Below are positions 1 through 10,580 of a stretch of 64,000 nt of DNA, piece after piece. The stretch is from a virus. Below the pieces are notes generated by a model. That model did not search any database. It was not told the DNA's origin and saw only the letters and a list, made by a program, of their open reading frames with translations. Positions within the stretch are counted from its first letter, which is position 1. Each line of letters begins with the position of its first letter. The translations under genes and the position numbers were made by a program. Where the stretch lies: IMG/VR virus record IMGVR_UViG_3300025131_000005. One strand, 5' to 3'.

Positions 1-588
1 GGCGTTGCTCTCGATAGAGTAGTACACAGTTTATTGGTTAGCAAAAATATCAATGTTAAAGATTTGTTTTTGGGCGATAAAAACGCTGTAATAGTTGCAG
101 CCAGAATATCAGCGTATGGGGCAGAATATAAGGTAAAAATTTCGTGCCCTGAATGTGGAGTATCACAGGCTCATGAAATGGATTTGGGAGATTTACTGGC
201 TACTAGTGATGAATTTGAAATACCTACCGGTGTTCAAATGAATGATAGGGGTAATTTTATCCTTACATTGCCAAAGACAAATATTGTTGCAGAGGTAAGA
301 CTCCTTAACGGCCATGATGGCATAGAAAATACTAGAAACAATAAAGACATCAGTTTAATCGAGATGTTTAAGAAAATTGTGGTTTCTTTGAATAATGTTA
401 CAGACAGAAAGATGGTTAATGAGTTCCTGGAATTAATGCCAGCATCCGATTCGAGAAACTTGAGAGAAACTTATGCTAATCTGGTACCCAACATTGATTT
501 GACAACACATTTTGAATGCAACGCTTGCGATCATGAGCAAGGAATGGAGGTTCCGCTTAGTGCGGACTTTTTTTGGCCTCGATCATAA
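1..588 (+). CDS. Tail/baseplate hub assembly chaperone (T4 gp26-like), 5'-partial
   Basis: Frame is open from position 1. It has two CxxC pairs (CPECG, CNAC), the LFLGDKNAVIVAARISAYG motif and an FFWP end, and lies upstream of the tape measure gene. Confidence 0.65.
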   Translation, partial: GVALDRVVHSLLVSKNINVKDLFLGDKNAVIVAARISAYGAEYKVKISCPECGVSQAHEMDLGDLLATSDEFEIPTGVQMNDRGNFILTLPKTNIVAEVRLLNGHDGIENTRNNKDISLIEMFKKIVVSLNNVTDRKMVNEFLELMPASDSRNLRETYANLVPNIDLTTHFECNACDHEQGMEVPLSADFFWPRS

Positions 589-772
589 CTATAGTGAAAA
601 TGTATATGAGCAAATGTTTGCGCTTGTTTTTCATGGAAAGATCAGCTTGGTTGAAGCGTATAATATGCCAGTTGGATTAAGAAACTGGTTTTTAACTCGC
701 CTGAAACGCGAATTTGAAGAAGAAAAAGAGCGTCATGAACAGGCGAGAAATTCTTCTAGACAGAGAAGATGA
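512..772 (+). CDS. Probable frameshift extension of the tail assembly chaperone (gp51/GT-like); coding likely from about 569
   Basis: Overlaps the upstream ORF in the +1 frame across a T7 run at 568-574. Contains an AYNMPVGLRNWF motif and has no clear SD or start for the listed ORF. Confidence 0.5.
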   Translation: MNATLAIMSKEWRFRLVRTFFGLDHNYSENVYEQMFALVFHGKISLVEAYNMPVGLRNWFLTRLKREFEEEKERHEQARNSSRQRR

Positions 773-822
773 TGTATTTTGTAGATAAAAACTAATTATA
801 ATGATTAGTAGAGGTTTTATTT

Positions 823-1137
823 ATGGAAAGTATTACAATTGATTTGCATAAATACAAGGTATTGAATGAAGTTTCGCTTGCAACTTTTGGTTCGAACTTG
901 ATGATCACATTGAAAGCAATGTTTGGCACTTCAGGATTTAGTCCAAATTTGACTGTGCGAGGCACCCAAAAAGATGTACAGAAATTTGTTATGGCGCTTG
1001 CCGGTGAGAAGATGTACATGAAAAGCTATCTAAAGCATGGCCTCGACGATCCGCGAACTCAACGCGATAAATATAAGCTTCAAAATGCCGTTAAGGCATT
1101 TGAAAGAGAGACGGGCATCAAATGGCCGTTTAAATAG
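823..1137 (+). CDS. Hypothetical protein, probably virion-associated
   Basis: GAGG SD, clean 104-aa ORF between the chaperone and tape measure genes, VLNE near the N-terminus. Confidence 0.6.
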   Translation: MESITIDLHKYKVLNEVSLATFGSNLMITLKAMFGTSGFSPNLTVRGTQKDVQKFVMALAGEKMYMKSYLKHGLDDPRTQRDKYKLQNAVKAFERETGIKWPFK

Positions 1138-1149
1138 AGGTCCTTTTGA

Positions 1150-3942
1150 ATGCCCCCATCGAATCTAACTCCAGAACAACTTGCGCGGCTTGAAGCAGCA
1201 CTGGCTTCACTTAATGCCGAGCGCCAAAAAGAAAAAATATTACTCAATGAGCTAGCAGCTGCAGAAGGTAAATCTGTCGAAGCAGTCTCTGCAAAACTTG
1301 ATATCCTTAAAGAGCAGAGTGAACAGCTCCAACAGAGTGCCAAAATATTTGCCGAGATGCGCTTAACTGCTGGCGGCGATATTGAAATAATGAAGCAGCA
1401 GGCAGCTCTTAGATTAGCAGAACTAGAGGAGACTGCGAAAAAAAACATATTATCTGAGGAGGAAATACGTCTCCGTGAACGTCTTACAGAGGTTTTAGAG
1501 GCTGACGCCGAAGAAACAGCTGAACTTGTAAAGAATATGCATGAGCTTGCAGCTGCCCAAGCAGAAGACATCAAACAGATGGAAGAATTAACAGAACGTT
1601 CTTCAAACTTAGGATCGGAATTTGCAAAGCTGGGCGGCAATGTCTTTGGGTTAGATAAAAACATGGAAGGTTTCTCCGGAACCCTTGCAACGGGTATTAC
1701 ACAGGGTGTGGATATGGGTGACACTCTTGGAAAAATGGGAGCTGATTTTCAAAATCTATTTAATCCCATCAGCTTAATTACTAATATTCTTGCCAACACA
1801 TTCGCTCGCATACAAGAATTTGCAGATATTGAAGCGGAAATCAGGCAGGTAACCGGTGCTGGTCGCGAAATGAATGATGTGTTTATAAATTCGTATCGAA
1901 GCACTCTTTCATTGGGAGTACAATCAGCCGAAACCGCAGCCGCCGTTAAGACTCTTTATACAGAATTTGTTGGATTTTCTGCCTTAAGTGGGCAAGCACA
2001 AGCAGATATGGCATCTTTTACCACTACTTTAGATTATTTTAATATCGAGGCTCAAACTACTGCCGAAGCGATGGATTTTCTCCAAATGTCTTTACAGATG
2101 AGTGACACTGCAGCAAAGAATACAGTAGCCGATATGGTTGGTTTGGCAAAAGCATTAAAGGTGCCACCCAGTATTATCATGAAAGATTTTAATGCTGCCA
2201 GAAATGTCATTGGACAATTTGGGAAACAGGGTTTTAAGGTTTTCAAACAATTATCTGCTCAAGTAAAATCCACAGGTGTAGAAATGAGTTCTCTTTTGGG
2301 AATCGCTGAAGGATTTGATACTTTTGAAAGCGCTGCAGACCATGTTGGTTCTTTAAATGCGTTATTGGGTGGGGCTTATTTTGATACTATGCAAATGGTA
2401 TCCGCAACTGAGGCAGAAAGAATCGAATTAATGAGGGAAGGAATTGCTGCATCTGGTAAATCTTGGGAATCAATGGGTCGCTTTGAAAGAAAAGCAATTA
2501 TGAACGCAGCGGGCATTAATGATATGACCGAGGCCAATAAGCTGTTCGGTAACAGCCTTGATGTATATTACGAACAAGAAGCCGCCGCTGCAGTAGCAGC
2601 AGGTAGTTTAACAGATTTGACTCAAGGCGCAAAAGATGCGATGAGCATGAGTGATAAAATGAATGCCATATTTAATAGAATGATGTTGATAATGCAGCCT
2701 CTTGTTGATGCAGTGATGGGAGTTTTTGATGGAATATTAGAAGGGTTTGAAATGATCGAACCAGTGTTTAAATTTGTCGAAGAGCTTGGAGGCGCTTTAT
2801 TCACTATCTTAGCTCCGGTGATGAAATTGATTGGAAAGTTAGGAGTACTATTTTTAGCATTTAAGGTATTGGGAGTAGTGATAGGCGCTGTTATGAGTCC
2901 GGTAGGATTGATTATTGGATCGATTGTCCTGCTCTATAAATTATTTACTGATGGTCCACAATTTATTTTTGATTTTGCGGAAAGTTTAATTTCGGGATTG
3001 ATGAAGGTATCCATTTTTATGCTTAAATTACCATATATAATACTGCAAGGTATTGCCGAGGGGCTCATATGGTTGACCGAAGGGCTGATTAAAGTTTTCG
3101 AAACCCTACCGGATACGATAGTTGACTTTATAATAGGCATTCCGGACATGATAGCAAATGCTTTCGAAGAGGAGACTGGTGAAGGGAGTGCGTTTTTTGG
3201 AACATTTTTATCTGTTTTTGGCAAATTATTTAAAGCAATTTTTTGGGATCTGCCTTTAGCCACCCTTAAATTACTGTTTGTCGGAATCCCTACAGCACTT
3301 TTTAAATTAGCAGCCAAACTGCCAGCAGCTTTGGCATCCATGGGAAGATCGATTATGGAATCTTTATTTGGGGATACTGGGACTGCTATAGCAGATTTCT
3401 TCGGTGACGCAATGGAATGGGCCGGAGAATTCTTTGATTTTATTACTGCACCATTTAAGTGGCTAGCAGGCACAGTCGAAAGCGTAGTCGAGGGAATCGG
3501 AGGGGCAATCGATTATCTCGCGGATTTCAATCCTTTAGATATGTTGGGGGATATGGCTAGCAGCATTGGTGAAACTTTAAATCCGCTTAATTGGTTTGCT
3601 GAAGGGGGCATCGTCAGTGGTCCACAGATTGTCGGTGTAGGAGAAGGAGGTCCCGAAGCTATTGTTCCGCTTTCTAGACTAACTGAATTTACAGAAGTTT
3701 TGAGCCCAGCGACACCAGATACAGACATGTCGATAGCCTCTGAAATCATGTCCTTCGCGAACTCTTTCTTCCCAGGCGGGGAACCCGATACGATCCCCCC
3801 CGCTAAAGCAGTTGGCAAGCCTGCTGTCCAGCCTGCACCGAAACAAGAGGTTATTTTAGAGGTTGATGGATATCGTCTTGGAAAAGTTGTGTATGAAAGT
3901 TTTCTGAAAGGAAAACTAGAACCAATGTTGGAGAGTACTTAA
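1150..3942 (+). CDS. Tail tape measure protein
   Basis: 930 aa, Ala/Gly-rich and helical, with a coiled-coil N-terminus, hydrophobic amphipathic repeats and C-terminal FAEGGIVSGP...VGEGGPEAIVPL, typical of tape measure proteins; gene context fits. Confidence 0.85.
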   Translation: MPPSNLTPEQLARLEAALASLNAERQKEKILLNELAAAEGKSVEAVSAKLDILKEQSEQLQQSAKIFAEMRLTAGGDIEIMKQQAALRLAELEETAKKNILSEEEIRLRERLTEVLEADAEETAELVKNMHELAAAQAEDIKQMEELTERSSNLGSEFAKLGGNVFGLDKNMEGFSGTLATGITQGVDMGDTLGKMGADFQNLFNPISLITNILANTFARIQEFADIEAEIRQVTGAGREMNDVFINSYRSTLSLGVQSAETAAAVKTLYTEFVGFSALSGQAQADMASFTTTLDYFNIEAQTTAEAMDFLQMSLQMSDTAAKNTVADMVGLAKALKVPPSIIMKDFNAARNVIGQFGKQGFKVFKQLSAQVKSTGVEMSSLLGIAEGFDTFESAADHVGSLNALLGGAYFDTMQMVSATEAERIELMREGIAASGKSWESMGRFERKAIMNAAGINDMTEANKLFGNSLDVYYEQEAAAAVAAGSLTDLTQGAKDAMSMSDKMNAIFNRMMLIMQPLVDAVMGVFDGILEGFEMIEPVFKFVEELGGALFTILAPVMKLIGKLGVLFLAFKVLGVVIGAVMSPVGLIIGSIVLLYKLFTDGPQFIFDFAESLISGLMKVSIFMLKLPYIILQGIAEGLIWLTEGLIKVFETLPDTIVDFIIGIPDMIANAFEEETGEGSAFFGTFLSVFGKLFKAIFWDLPLATLKLLFVGIPTALFKLAAKLPAALASMGRSIMESLFGDTGTAIADFFGDAMEWAGEFFDFITAPFKWLAGTVESVVEGIGGAIDYLADFNPLDMLGDMASSIGETLNPLNWFAEGGIVSGPQIVGVGEGGPEAIVPLSRLTEFTEVLSPATPDTDMSIASEIMSFANSFFPGGEPDTIPPAKAVGKPAVQPAPKQEVILEVDGYRLGKVVYESFLKGKLEPMLEST

Positions 3943-3943
3943 A

Positions 3944-4885
3944 ATGAAAAGTGACGGCACAGAGGAACTATACGCCAAGAAACTTCTTGGTTTGCAGATT
4001 ATGCATGTGCCTACTGGGAAAATAGTTGAGTTTAAGGCATTTCTCACACAATTTTCTGATACTTATAATTCTTCTTGGAATGCGGAGTCAGTATATGGAA
4101 GAATGGATCCTATTGCAACATTTCAAGGTACCACAAGAGAAATAGCTGTGGGCTGGAGTGTCCCTGCATTTAGCAATGATGAGGCAAAGTTAAATTTAGA
4201 GAAAGCTTCATTGTTTTTTTCAATGTTATATCCTGCATATTCTCCATCTTCAGGGGTCGGAGGCGCAGGACAAATCAGCGCATCACCTCTTTTGAAGATT
4301 AAGTTTGCAAATTTAATTTGTAGTGTGACGAAAGGTCAAGGAAAAAATATAAAAGGAGTTAGAGAAGGGGGGCTATTGGGTTTTATTAACGGTGCGGTCT
4401 CCTTAACTCCTGATTTTGAAGGCGCTGGTTTTTATGATCCAGGATTTGGCGAAGTATATCCATTATTATTTAATTTAAGTTTTGCTTTCACTGTTCTTCA
4501 CACTCATAAACTTGGGTGGGAAGCGGGCGCATCGCGTTCTAGATTAACAGAAACCAATGCCGCTGGTACCCCTCAATTTCCGTATGGGAGCCCTTATCCT
4601 CCGGCTGGTGCATCTAAAATTAATAAATTGGGAGCAAGTGACGCATCTCCGTTACCTAATGCTCACGCACCAATGACGGATGAGGAGTTAGCAGTATCGT
4701 CTACTGTTGAGGACTTTTCAGATAATCCCCAACAGACAATGGCAGATTTACCATCTGGCGAAACTGATCCAGAAACTGGAAAAAACATTTCTCTTGGACA
4801 AGCTGGCCCAAATATGAGTTTGCCCGATGGGGAGATAGCGCAATCCTTGATGTCACAGATGACAGAAGGAGCCTTATCAAAATAA
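3944..4885 (+). CDS. Tail tube initiator / baseplate protein
   Basis: Directly after the tape measure gene; YGRMDPIATFQGTTR and SPLLKIKFANLI motifs resemble tube-initiator proteins. Confidence 0.5.
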   Translation: MKSDGTEELYAKKLLGLQIMHVPTGKIVEFKAFLTQFSDTYNSSWNAESVYGRMDPIATFQGTTREIAVGWSVPAFSNDEAKLNLEKASLFFSMLYPAYSPSSGVGGAGQISASPLLKIKFANLICSVTKGQGKNIKGVREGGLLGFINGAVSLTPDFEGAGFYDPGFGEVYPLLFNLSFAFTVLHTHKLGWEAGASRSRLTETNAAGTPQFPYGSPYPPAGASKINKLGASDASPLPNAHAPMTDEELAVSSTVEDFSDNPQQTMADLPSGETDPETGKNISLGQAGPNMSLPDGEIAQSLMSQMTEGALSK

Positions 4886-4957
4886 TTTTCATGTTTGTTT
4901 CCGAAAGAAACATATGTAGTTACACTATTTATTAATAGTTTCGAGGAGATAATTTAT

Positions 4958-5299
4958 ATGACGGTGCGAAGAAATAGTTCAAGAGAAGTGGTTTATAATT
5001 CAAGTGAACTGTACTCTAATATTCTGAAACGGAGAAATAAAGATTTCATTGAACAATATGTTACTGGTGAACTAAAGTATCCAACACAAGTACAAATTCA
5101 AAGCCTTTTTCTTAAACGACATATGTGGGTGATGGGTGATCGTTTTTGGAAACTTTCTGCAACCAATTATGGCGATCCAGAACTTTGGTGGACAATTGCT
5201 TGGTTTAATAAGCGTCCCACAGAAGCTCATGTACGTTATGGTGATATAGTTTATATTCCCCACCCATTAGATAAATTATACAGTTATTATGGTATTTAG
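4958..5299 (+). CDS. LysM / tail-X-like baseplate wedge protein (gp53-like)
   Basis: GDRFWKLSATNYGDPELWWTIAWFN motif; GAGGAG SD before ATG 4958. Confidence 0.7.
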   Translation: MTVRRNSSREVVYNSSELYSNILKRRNKDFIEQYVTGELKYPTQVQIQSLFLKRHMWVMGDRFWKLSATNYGDPELWWTIAWFNKRPTEAHVRYGDIVYIPHPLDKLYSYYGI

Positions 5300-5310
5300 G
5301 GGAAATATCG

Positions 5311-7908
5311 ATGGCTGCAAATGAAAAACCAAGTGTTGGTGTAAAAAGATGGCAAAATCAATGCTTCCTTATTGATGGGTGGAAAGAATTAGCTAAAAGA
5401 TATTGTACAAAAGAATATTCTAGTATAATTCCTATTTCTGTTCATGCTTCTGAGATAGTGTCTATCTTATCAGCAGAACCCGGCGCGGAAATATTTTTTA
5501 AGTTATCACCTGCTCAATTATCATTGTTAGAGCCCACAATAAGACTTTTTATAGTCGACCATGATATTGCCGGTGGTGTACACCAAGAGAGTGGTGCAAG
5601 AGAAATATTTTTTGATGATCATATGTACGAAGACAATATTGGAGAGATTTTATCATCCGGCAGGGGGAGAGGGAGAGCCGCAGGTATAAAGAGCTTTTCT
5701 TATACTTTTGATGGTGGCGATCCCGCAACAGTTGATAAATCCATTACAACTAGATTAAAAATGATTTTTACAGGTGTTGATGCTTTTACGAAACCACAAG
5801 AAAGTGGGGTTTCTTATGTCGATCTTGTACAGAGAGTTAGAAAAATGGTTCCATCCAACAAAGAAAGAGAGAATGCAGATTTGTCTAACCCAACTTCGTT
5901 TTGCCGAAAACCAAAAACCAAAGCTGAAAAGAAGAATTCGAGCCCTACAACACAAAATATTAATCCAAATTATCGTAGAATAAGGGCTCAAATTGGTTGG
6001 GCAATTCCTCCCGATAAAACAAACGAATTTGTAAATAGTTCATTTTTAAATAATAATAAGACATTAGATTTTAAATCTTTTACAAAATTACTTAAAAGAA
6101 TGCAATTAAATCTATTTCTAGAAATGACTAGTCATCAAATGGAGTTTCATAATGATGGTAAACTTGAATTATCAATTTCGTATAGAGGTAGTATCGAAAG
6201 TGATCTTCTCTCAGAAGAATCAAATTTATTTTTCGACATACAAAGACAGTTATTAGCACTTCAAAATCGTAAGTCGGAAAGAGTCGCCAATGTAGAAAAA
6301 GAAAGTATGATTGCGGCTGAAAAAGAAGTAGAACAGGTTAATAAAAAAATTAAAGGAAAAGATTTAATAAAGAAGAAAACTGAAATTGAAAAAGAAGCAC
6401 AAGCAAAAGTAGCTAAAAAGAAATCGGAAATCCAAGAGCAGTCACAAGCTCAAATGGATATGTTGAAGTATGAATTATATCAATCGTTTCTGGCGCGAAT
6501 TACAGATAATAATTTGGTCCAGTACGTAGATGTTCGCAAAGAAGACTTGATAGCATGGCAAGGAGAAGAATTGGCTGATAGCGCGACGAAAACAGACTAT
6601 GCTAAAAAAAGAAAAGCAGGTTCCGCTTCACGCACGACAGCAGATTCTATTTTAGCAAAAGCACATTTTGGTTCAGGCGCAGGCGGCGGCAATGCAGTAA
6701 CGGCAATGCAAAAAGGATTAAAAGATGCCGTAAAAGAAGATACTGCGAAAGCCGCCAAAAAAAAGATTCTAGAAACTAAAATTTCTACCCCTTCGAAGGG
6801 AGATGGCAAAGTCCCCAAAGGCCACAAAAGAATATATTATCTTTATTTTGGTGATCTTATTAATGTAGCTATGGATATTTTTGCTGAAAACGTGGACAAG
6901 ACTCAACGTCCTGTAAAAGTAAGAGCAATTATTTCTAATTTATCCTTTACAGATCCAGCAACGGGAGAAGATACAGAAGTTAATATCTGTGATCTACCTG
7001 TTTCGTTAGATGAATTTATTGTGTGGTATAAAAATAACGTCATTAGTCCTGGTGCGTCCACTTACCACGTCTTACCTTTTATAAAACATTTAATGACAAC
7101 TCTCATTGGTAATGCATTGGGTGCTAGTTGTTTTGACGAGGTGGGACGTTCCGTCGCGCAATTGGGGATAGAATATACCCAGCTGGCTATCCCCGGCCCA
7201 GGAAAAGAACCCATCCCAAAAAGTAATGGGTTATTTTCTAGAATTAGTAGCGTAGGGGACTTAAAAAAAATTGTTTCAAATTTTTCTCGGTCTGACCGGT
7301 CGGATCCCACTTCATATATTGATTACATAATTATTCATGCTTCCAATAACGCACCGGCAACCATGAGTCCTTCAAAAACTATAACGGGAAATGATGGGAT
7401 AACCCGTCTTGCTGATGATGTAAATGGTGTATACCATCTTGGTATAGGATTAGATAGAGGTATCGTCAAAGATATTAAATTTAAAGCTAATAAAATGAAG
7501 TATTCTGATGAAGCCAATATTGTTGAGAAAGGGCTCACAAATATTGGACAATTATTCACCAAATATGATGCTGATGTGACTTTGTGGGGGTGTCCGCTTT
7601 TTAAAACCGGGCAATATATTTACATTGATCCGAAAACAATGGGAGTCGACGCGCAGATGGCAGCACTTCTGGGCTTGGGGGGATATTATATGGTATACAG
7701 AGTTGAGGGAGATTTGTCATCAAGTGGGTATTTTGTAACGTTATCTTGCAAGTTTCAAGATAGTGGAATTTGTGCAGGTGCCGCTTCCCCTCGACAAATT
7801 AAGGCTGCTCCCAAAGAACAATCAGGTGCACAGCGGAATCAACCCAATAGTACACAAGCCCCTCCCAGTTCACTTATTCGCAAAATCGATGAAATGCCAT
7901 CTCGGTAG
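5311..7908 (+). CDS. Baseplate hub protein (gp27 / late control D-like)
   Basis: 865 aa, following the LysM gene; C-terminal VTLWGCPLFKTGQYIYID...GYYMVYRVEG beta-motif is typical of hub proteins. Confidence 0.55.
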   Translation: MAANEKPSVGVKRWQNQCFLIDGWKELAKRYCTKEYSSIIPISVHASEIVSILSAEPGAEIFFKLSPAQLSLLEPTIRLFIVDHDIAGGVHQESGAREIFFDDHMYEDNIGEILSSGRGRGRAAGIKSFSYTFDGGDPATVDKSITTRLKMIFTGVDAFTKPQESGVSYVDLVQRVRKMVPSNKERENADLSNPTSFCRKPKTKAEKKNSSPTTQNINPNYRRIRAQIGWAIPPDKTNEFVNSSFLNNNKTLDFKSFTKLLKRMQLNLFLEMTSHQMEFHNDGKLELSISYRGSIESDLLSEESNLFFDIQRQLLALQNRKSERVANVEKESMIAAEKEVEQVNKKIKGKDLIKKKTEIEKEAQAKVAKKKSEIQEQSQAQMDMLKYELYQSFLARITDNNLVQYVDVRKEDLIAWQGEELADSATKTDYAKKRKAGSASRTTADSILAKAHFGSGAGGGNAVTAMQKGLKDAVKEDTAKAAKKKILETKISTPSKGDGKVPKGHKRIYYLYFGDLINVAMDIFAENVDKTQRPVKVRAIISNLSFTDPATGEDTEVNICDLPVSLDEFIVWYKNNVISPGASTYHVLPFIKHLMTTLIGNALGASCFDEVGRSVAQLGIEYTQLAIPGPGKEPIPKSNGLFSRISSVGDLKKIVSNFSRSDRSDPTSYIDYIIIHASNNAPATMSPSKTITGNDGITRLADDVNGVYHLGIGLDRGIVKDIKFKANKMKYSDEANIVEKGLTNIGQLFTKYDADVTLWGCPLFKTGQYIYIDPKTMGVDAQMAALLGLGGYYMVYRVEGDLSSSGYFVTLSCKFQDSGICAGAASPRQIKAAPKEQSGAQRNQPNSTQAPPSSLIRKIDEMPSR

Positions 7909-7942
7909 TATTTTAAAAAGATTATTGGAGCCTATTTAATAT

Positions 7943-9364
7943 ATGGCGTTTCCAAAACCAAAACTACCTTATGCAGATAATGAAATGGATACTGTAGATC
8001 TATATTATCGCAGATCTTTGTATCGGGATAAAGTATTAGTAAAGGAGACAGGAGAATTGGAAAACGCTGTCTTAGACCTGTGGGGGGAAAGAAATTTATA
8101 TGGAAAAATTAATCATCGTGGTGATTTCATTATTCCCAAAGAAAATCTTCTTTCATTTCTGCAAACTAAAGATGGTGCAACACACCTTGCATTGGGATTC
8201 GTAGCTAAAGCTTTTAATGAATTAGTAGAGACTATAACAAAAGAAAGTATATATGGAAATAGTGAATTTTTTACTTCTCCTTATGTCAATTTTACGGTAA
8301 CTAATGGTTGGGAAAGCGTTTATGATAAATATCACCAGCATATGGGGTTTATATATAGCCAATTAGCAGAATATCTTAGTAGAAAGGATATTAATAATAA
8401 AATTAAAAATTTCGATAATTTTGTAGATCATTTTTTTCAATTTTATGATTTTTTAAAATCTTTGGGCGCGCCGCTTACATTGTCTGGATTCGTGGGAAGT
8501 CGTTTTTGCTCCACTCGCATCGGCGGCTTGGCAATTGAAATTAGTGATAAAAAATATTCCAATGACAAAATTAAATATAATGTTTTTGTTAATGATAATA
8601 ACTTTAAAATGTTTCAATTTTTTGCTTCCAATCATGGTTTTATAATTGATAAAAATATTCCATGGCGGATTGTTGCCAATCTCAATTCTTGCTATATGCA
8701 AAAGAAAATATCGGACGAAGAACTATATTATAGCTCAGTGGGAAGTATTGACGTATTAAAGGAATCCTATACTAAAATCTCTATTGATTATGATTTTTCG
8801 GGCACCGGACCTGGGACAGCCGATATTAATACGTCTCTTGAATTCCGTGCCTCTAGATTGGCTAATATATTTGATATTTATTATTTCAAGACATACGAGC
8901 TGGATATGAAATATTTGAAAACCTATCTTTATCAGATGTATCGAAGTTTCATTGGTGATTCGCCTTTTTATGAAGAGTATGAAAGTAGCCCCTGCAACGA
9001 CGATATCGTATCACAAGTAAGAAAACAGAGAAAAGCTCTTGACTTTGAGGCAGAAAGTGATTATACTGTTAAGGATTTCTGGTTGGGGCGTTATTTCATG
9101 TTAAGAATGAACGAGACAGATGCTAAATTTTCCAAAGCAGAAGTTAAATACATATTATTTAATGCTAAGAAGGTATATAATCTATATGGAGAATTAAAAT
9201 CACTGGATTTTTTGAATCGCAAGCTTAAGAAGCGACATAAGCACCTTTATGATATTAGGACGTCTGCTCCAATTCCGAAACGCAGCGAATGTCCTGATTA
9301 CACCCCCCCATTTACGGACTTGCCGCGTAATAATAATCCTGAAGATACTAATTCTTGTACATAA
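7943..9364 (+). CDS. Hypothetical protein (probably structural)
   Basis: 473-aa ORF with GGAG SD at the end of the baseplate cluster. Confidence 0.6.
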   Translation: MAFPKPKLPYADNEMDTVDLYYRRSLYRDKVLVKETGELENAVLDLWGERNLYGKINHRGDFIIPKENLLSFLQTKDGATHLALGFVAKAFNELVETITKESIYGNSEFFTSPYVNFTVTNGWESVYDKYHQHMGFIYSQLAEYLSRKDINNKIKNFDNFVDHFFQFYDFLKSLGAPLTLSGFVGSRFCSTRIGGLAIEISDKKYSNDKIKYNVFVNDNNFKMFQFFASNHGFIIDKNIPWRIVANLNSCYMQKKISDEELYYSSVGSIDVLKESYTKISIDYDFSGTGPGTADINTSLEFRASRLANIFDIYYFKTYELDMKYLKTYLYQMYRSFIGDSPFYEEYESSPCNDDIVSQVRKQRKALDFEAESDYTVKDFWLGRYFMLRMNETDAKFSKAEVKYILFNAKKVYNLYGELKSLDFLNRKLKKRHKHLYDIRTSAPIPKRSECPDYTPPFTDLPRNNNPEDTNSCT

Positions 9365-9377
9365 AATTTGGGTTTTA

Positions 9378-10580
9378 ATGTCGAGAGAAAGTTCACATCT
9401 ATTTCAAGTAATTGATTTTAAAGAGAAATGTAAAAGTAAATTTTACCATGAAGAGACATTCAAGGATAATCTTGATATATTAGATGGTATAACTTGGAGA
9501 TACAATTCTCATATTGAATCTCCTCAAAAATATGACTATGCTTATATTTGGTCCGGAGGCCAAACTTTGTTAGAGGGTTGTCCGGACGAATATAAAGAGT
9601 ATTTTTCATCTTTAATTTCGCGACTTCGTTCATTTTATATATCCTTTAGAGAAGCAAAATTAGACGAACAAGATCTGTGTTTTTATGACACTATCCCTCT
9701 TAAATTTATCAGAGACTGGTGTGACGCCGAAAATATTATCTGTGCCCATACAACTAAAACAAAAAAACCCTATGATTATGAGTTTCAAAAGAATTTATCT
9801 TTTTTGATTGAGGAAATAAAAAATAGAGATCTGAATATTGATTGGAGTAATCTCAGTAAGACAAGCAAGAAGATATCTTCTCTTCTCAAAGTTAAGGATA
9901 AAAATAAAACTAAGATTTCCTATAATCAGTATGGTACCGTAACCGGTCGTCTTTCTACCAATCCGAACTCTTTTCCGATGTTAACTCTAGACAAGGCGAA
10001 TCGCTCAATTATCAAGCCAACAAACGATCTATTGGTTGAGCTGGATTACAATTCAGCCGAATTACGCACGGTGTTGGCTCTTGCCGAAAAGGAACAACCT
10101 GACGTTGATATTCATTCCTGGATTAATGCTGAGATATATAAAAACAAATATGAGAGACGTGAGGTCAAAGAAAAAGTATTTGCTTGGCTCTATAATCCCA
10201 ATGCTAAAAATAAAGGGTTGAATTCTCTCTTTGATCGTGATAGAATACTACAAAAGTATTATTGCTTCGAATTAACTACGCCTTTTAAAAGGATTATTGA
10301 AGTAGATGATAGAAAGGCTTTTAATTATTTGATACAAAGTACAACAAGCGATATTGTTTTAAGACAGACTCTAAAAATAAGAGAACTTCTAAAGAATACA
10401 GAATCTTGTATCTCTTATATCATACACGATAGCATCGTTTTAGATATTAGTAAGGAACAGCAGCCATTATTAAATGATATCATCAAAACATTTTCAGATA
10501 CTGAATTCGGGGAATACAAAGTTAACGTTTCAATGGGAAAAGATTACGGAAATATGAAGAGGGTGGAATGTCGACGATAA
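9378..10580 (+). CDS. polA: Compact family-A DNA polymerase
   Basis: TGRLST; motif A LDYNSAELR; motif B RxxxKxxxFxxxY (RREVKEKVFAWLY); NYLIQST; motif C IHDS. Start taken at ATG 9378. Confidence 0.8.
   Translation: MSRESSHLFQVIDFKEKCKSKFYHEETFKDNLDILDGITWRYNSHIESPQKYDYAYIWSGGQTLLEGCPDEYKEYFSSLISRLRSFYISFREAKLDEQDLCFYDTIPLKFIRDWCDAENIICAHTTKTKKPYDYEFQKNLSFLIEEIKNRDLNIDWSNLSKTSKKISSLLKVKDKNKTKISYNQYGTVTGRLSTNPNSFPMLTLDKANRSIIKPTNDLLVELDYNSAELRTVLALAEKEQPDVDIHSWINAEIYKNKYERREVKEKVFAWLYNPNAKNKGLNSLFDRDRILQKYYCFELTTPFKRIIEVDDRKAFNYLIQSTTSDIVLRQTLKIRELLKNTESCISYIIHDSIVLDISKEQQPLLNDIIKTFSDTEFGEYKVNVSMGKDYGNMKRVECRR

Noticed and set aside
1080-3818. Long minus-strand ORFs opposite the tape measure gene, and similar antisense ORFs elsewhere in the track
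   Set aside because: They are shadow frames of well-supported + strand genes, with no SD, promoter or recognisable motifs.
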